In this document: positions 61,133 through 64,000 of the stretch, in pieces
How positions within the stretch are numbered: position 1 is the first letter of the stretch
Layout: every line of letters starts with the position of its first letter
Origin: Pseudomonadota bacterium
GTDB taxonomy: Bacteria; Pseudomonadota; Gammaproteobacteria; Burkholderiales; Burkholderiaceae_D
Assembly (NCBI GenBank): GCA_040384885.1
Contig: JAZKIN010000135.1
Location: 16,070 to 80,069, forward strand
Direction: 5' to 3'
DNA length: 64,000 nt
Position numbers and translations under genes: made by a program
The notes under the pieces: generated by a model
Databases searched by the model: none
What the model saw: only the letters and a program-made list of their open reading frames with translations
What the model was told of the DNA's origin: nothing

Positions 61133-61537
61133 ATGATCCCCCTCGCTATCAACCTCAACCGGCAGCAAGCGCTGCGCACGGAAATCCAGCTCGCGCTGAG
61201 CGTCTTGCCGCTCGGCCTCATGGGCGCGACGTTTGCCGCCGTGCTGTCGCTGCGCGGGCCATTTGAAAAAGCGCTCGGCCTTGTCGCCAACAGTTCGGTC
61301 AGGAACCATCCGAACGGGATCATGTGGCTCATCGCCTTCCTCGTCGCGATGGTCTTGCTGATGATGCTCGCCTATCTGTTGGGCTGGCTCGCGAACGCGC
61401 TCATCGCGCGTTTCGTGCTTGGCTGGCCGGCCGAACTGGTCGCCGCGACCTATGCACGCTCGGAGCTGCCGGAGCGCTGGCTCAAGGCGCCGGCACAGGC
61501 CGAGGCACAGGTCAGGGTCGAGCCACATGTCGATTGA
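61133..61537 (+). CDS. Hypothetical membrane protein
   Basis: Two long hydrophobic helices and a PERWLK ending. Overlaps the next start. Confidence 0.65.
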   Translation: MIPLAINLNRQQALRTEIQLALSVLPLGLMGATFAAVLSLRGPFEKALGLVANSSVRNHPNGIMWLIAFLVAMVLLMMLAYLLGWLANALIARFVLGWPAELVAATYARSELPERWLKAPAQAEAQVRVEPHVD

Positions 61538-61904
61538 ACGCTGGCGCAGCGGCGGGGCAGGGCGCAGCCGCACGGTCGCGTACGGCGGCGTCATCTGGAC
61601 GGTGGCGAACGCGAGCGCGAACACCGCAGGCTTCGAAGCGCAGGTCCGCGAGACGCTGCAACTGCTCGACACTCACCTGGCCGAGGCCGGTTCTGCGCGT
61701 ACCCACCTGTTGTCGCTGCAGGTCATTTTCAGCGACATCGCCGACCGCACCGTGTTCGAACCCTTGTGGCAGGCGTGGATCGGCCCGGACCCGGCGCATT
61801 GGCCGCAGCGGGCATGCTACGCGGCGGCGCTCGCGCCCGGCCTGTTGCTCGAGCTGGTGGTCGTGGCGGCGCCGGTGTCCGCGGCGCTGCAGGCGCACGC
61901 CTGA
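61527..61904 (+). CDS. RidA/YjgF family protein
   Basis: RSRTV.Y.G.IW, QVRETL..LD..L.EAG, PQRAC and LAPGLLLEL motifs. Confidence 0.85.
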   Translation: MSIERWRSGGAGRSRTVAYGGVIWTVANASANTAGFEAQVRETLQLLDTHLAEAGSARTHLLSLQVIFSDIADRTVFEPLWQAWIGPDPAHWPQRACYAAALAPGLLLELVVVAAPVSAALQAHA

Positions 61905-61971
61905 TCTGGCTGAAACACGGGAACCCGCGGCGCGGCCCCTGCGTCGAAAGTAAAACCGAATTGGAGTTGCC

Positions 61972-62433
61972 ATGAGCCTTAACGTCGCCCCGGTCGCCCG
62001 CGCCCAGATGCTGATCCGCCGCCCGGTTGCCGAAGTGTTTGCCGCTTTCATCGATCCTGCGATCACCAGCAAATTCTGGTTCAGCCGGGGCAGCAAAGCC
62101 TTGGTGCAGGGCGACACCGTGACCTGGTACTGGGATATGTACATGGCGTCGGCCGAGGTCGCGGTCAAGGCTGTCGAGGCCGACCGCCGCATCCTGGTCG
62201 AATGGCCAACGCCGGTCGAGTGGGTGTTCAGCCCGAGGGGCGAGGGCGCCACCTTCGTCACGATTACGGCATCGGGTTTTGGCGGGGCGGACGACGAGGT
62301 CGTCGCGCAGGCGATCGACTCAATGGGCGGCTTCAGCCTCGTGCTTGCCGGCTGCAAAGCGTTCTTGGAACATGGGATTGGCTTGAATCTGGTCGAGGAC
62401 CATAACCCGGATGCGCAGGTGAAGCTCGCCTGA
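61972..62433 (+). CDS. SRPBCC/AHSA1-like protein
   Basis: MLIRRPVAEVF.AF.DP.IT.KFWF, DSMGGF and KAFLEHG motifs. GGAG RBS. Confidence 0.9.
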   Translation: MSLNVAPVARAQMLIRRPVAEVFAAFIDPAITSKFWFSRGSKALVQGDTVTWYWDMYMASAEVAVKAVEADRRILVEWPTPVEWVFSPRGEGATFVTITASGFGGADDEVVAQAIDSMGGFSLVLAGCKAFLEHGIGLNLVEDHNPDAQVKLA

Positions 62434-62494
62434 GCCGGGCGCCGGAGTCGTTGCGCGATACTGCCGCACAAGAATCCGGCGCCCTTAAACCGCC

Positions 62495-62518
62495 AGCCGG
62501 TCCGCGGCGGGACCGGCT
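62495..62518. terminator. Hairpin between convergent genes
   Basis: AGCCGGTCC-GCGGCG-GGACCGGCT. Confidence 0.55.
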
Positions 62519-62531
62519 TGGGGCTTGATGT

Positions 62532-63530
62532 TTACTTGGCTGGAACAGCGTCGGCTGCGGCCGATGCCGCTGCCGATGCCGCGCTCGAAGCGACCGCGGC
62601 GGCGTCGGCGGCAACCGAAGCCGCTTGCGCCGCCTCGGCGGCAGGTGCTGCCGGTGCCGGCGCTGCGACCGGGGCGCCGGTCACGACGATTTTCGCTTTG
62701 GCCTTGAGGTCGGCGAAGAACTTCGTCATGTGCTCGCGCAGCAACTGCTGCTTGAGCTGCTCCTTGACTTGCTCGAGCGGCGGCGGGGTGATCGGACGCG
62801 AATCCTCAAGCAGGATCACGTGGTAGCCGTATTGGGTCTTGACCGGCTCGGTCGTGAACTTGCCTTTTTCGAGTTTGGCAACGGCCGCGCCGAATTCCGG
62901 CACCATGCCGGCCGGGTTGAACCAGCCCAGGTCGCCGCCATTGACCTTCGAACCCGGATCCATCGATTTGGACTTGGCCAGTTTTTCAAATGCCTTGATG
63001 TCTTTGGTGATCGCGGCGATGATCGATTTGGCGTCGGCTTCTTCTTTGACCAGGATGTGGCGCGCCTTGAATTCGCTGCCGCCGGCTTTTTCGCTCATTT
63101 TCTTGTATTCGGCGGCGATCATCGCGTCGGTGATCGGCGAATTCTTGATGTAGTCCTGGACGAAGGCGTTGGCGAGCACCGATTGCTTGACCATGTCCAT
63201 CTGGCGCACGGTCTCGGGCGCTTTGTCGATGCCCTTCTTGACAGCTTCGCCGGCGACCAGCATCTGCATCGACAGGTTCTCGATGATCGCGGTGCGCAGT
63301 TCAGGGGTGTCCGGCTGGCCTTGCGCGGTGCGCTCTTTGACCATCATGTCGACGGTGCTTTGCGGGATCGCGACGCCGTTGACGGTCGCGGCGGCGGCGG
63401 TGCTGGTCGCGGCGGCGGCGGCGGTGTCGGCGGCCGGTGCTGCCGGCGCGGCCGCGTCTTTTGGTTTGCAGGCACTCAGGGCCAGTACGGAGGCCGCGCT
63501 GAGCAGCAGGATACGGGACTTCATCAACAT
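62532..63530 (-). CDS. PpiC-type peptidyl-prolyl isomerase, lipoprotein
   Basis: Lipobox LSAC, ARHILV, S.DPGS..NGGDLGW, MVPEF and PVKTQYGYHVI motifs. Confidence 0.93.
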   Translation of the reverse strand: MLMKSRILLLSAASVLALSACKPKDAAAPAAPAADTAAAAATSTAAAATVNGVAIPQSTVDMMVKERTAQGQPDTPELRTAIIENLSMQMLVAGEAVKKGIDKAPETVRQMDMVKQSVLANAFVQDYIKNSPITDAMIAAEYKKMSEKAGGSEFKARHILVKEEADAKSIIAAITKDIKAFEKLAKSKSMDPGSKVNGGDLGWFNPAGMVPEFGAAVAKLEKGKFTTEPVKTQYGYHVILLEDSRPITPPPLEQVKEQLKQQLLREHMTKFFADLKAKAKIVVTGAPVAAPAPAAPAAEAAQAASVAADAAAVASSAASAAASAAADAVPAK

Positions 63531-63703
63531 CGTTACATTTCCTTTTCAAGTTTGGTGGCGAATGCCGGTGCAGCAATGTGCGCAGCTTACCAGTTTAGCG
63601 CCATAGTGACAGCGTAACCTGCTGTCCCGACCGCCGACAATATGCTAGTTGCCTTAAAAAAGGCTTATAATTCAGGGTTTTGACGATTTTTGCGGAGTAT
63701 CAG

Positions 63704-64000
63704 ATGCCGATTTACGCCTATCGATGCGATGAGTGCGGTTTTGCCAAGGATGTATTGCAGAAGATATCCGACCCGGTGTTGACGGTCTGCCTGTCATGCG
63801 CCAAGCCTACTTTTAAGAAACAACTGACCGCGGCCGGTTTCCAGCTCAAGGGAACCGGCTGGTACGCGACCGACTTCCGCGGCGGCAAGGCGCCGCCGAC
63901 CGGCACCGCCAGCGGCCCGGTAGAGACCAACGCGGCACCTGCGCCGGCGGCAACGGCGGGCGAGGCCCCGGCTGCGGCCGCGCCCGCCAAGCCGGCGACC
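63704..64000 (+). CDS. FmdB family zinc-ribbon protein (runs off window end)
   Basis: MPIYAYRCDECG...CLSC...FQLKGTGWYATDF. GGAG RBS. Confidence 0.92.
   Translation, partial: MPIYAYRCDECGFAKDVLQKISDPVLTVCLSCAKPTFKKQLTAAGFQLKGTGWYATDFRGGKAPPTGTASGPVETNAAPAPAATAGEAPAAAAPAKPAT

Overview
High-GC betaproteobacterial chromosome segment. Gene content and order suggest Oxalobacteraceae/Massilia-like; this is an inference. The housekeeping backbone is mutM, TPR-lolB-ispE-tRNA-Gln-prs-rplY-pth, ychF, CPA2 antiporter, kdsD-kdsC-lptCAB-rpoN-hpf, ptsN-hprK-rapZ, ilvA-queF, a large FAD/Fe-S oxidoreductase, HIT-DUF971, ubiE-tim44-ubiJ-ubiB, a PPIase and an FmdB-type zinc-ribbon gene. At least five accessory patches of small genes interrupt it (8.6-13.3, 14.6-24.6, 33.5-35.1, 47-55.7 and 60.5-62.4 kb). 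No integrase, transposase, CRISPR array or rRNA is visible, yet the patches carry clear acquisition scars. These are (i) a near-complete but inactivated integron attC site at 54901-54956 plus several half-attC relics, (ii) a three-copy TGTCTGAATG..CACTGACCC motif at the junctions of a cassette-like array downstream of rapZ, and (iii) three cases where a diverged fragment of the downstream gene is stranded upstream of inserted genes. Also notable are a divergent pair formed by a multidomain GH87-like alpha-1,3-glucanase and an S8 protease fused to a 7x46-aa PLL-type lectin propeller, a stand-alone Mesh1-like HD hydrolase, two REP-doublet hairpins and a homopolymer frameshift in a NUDIX gene.
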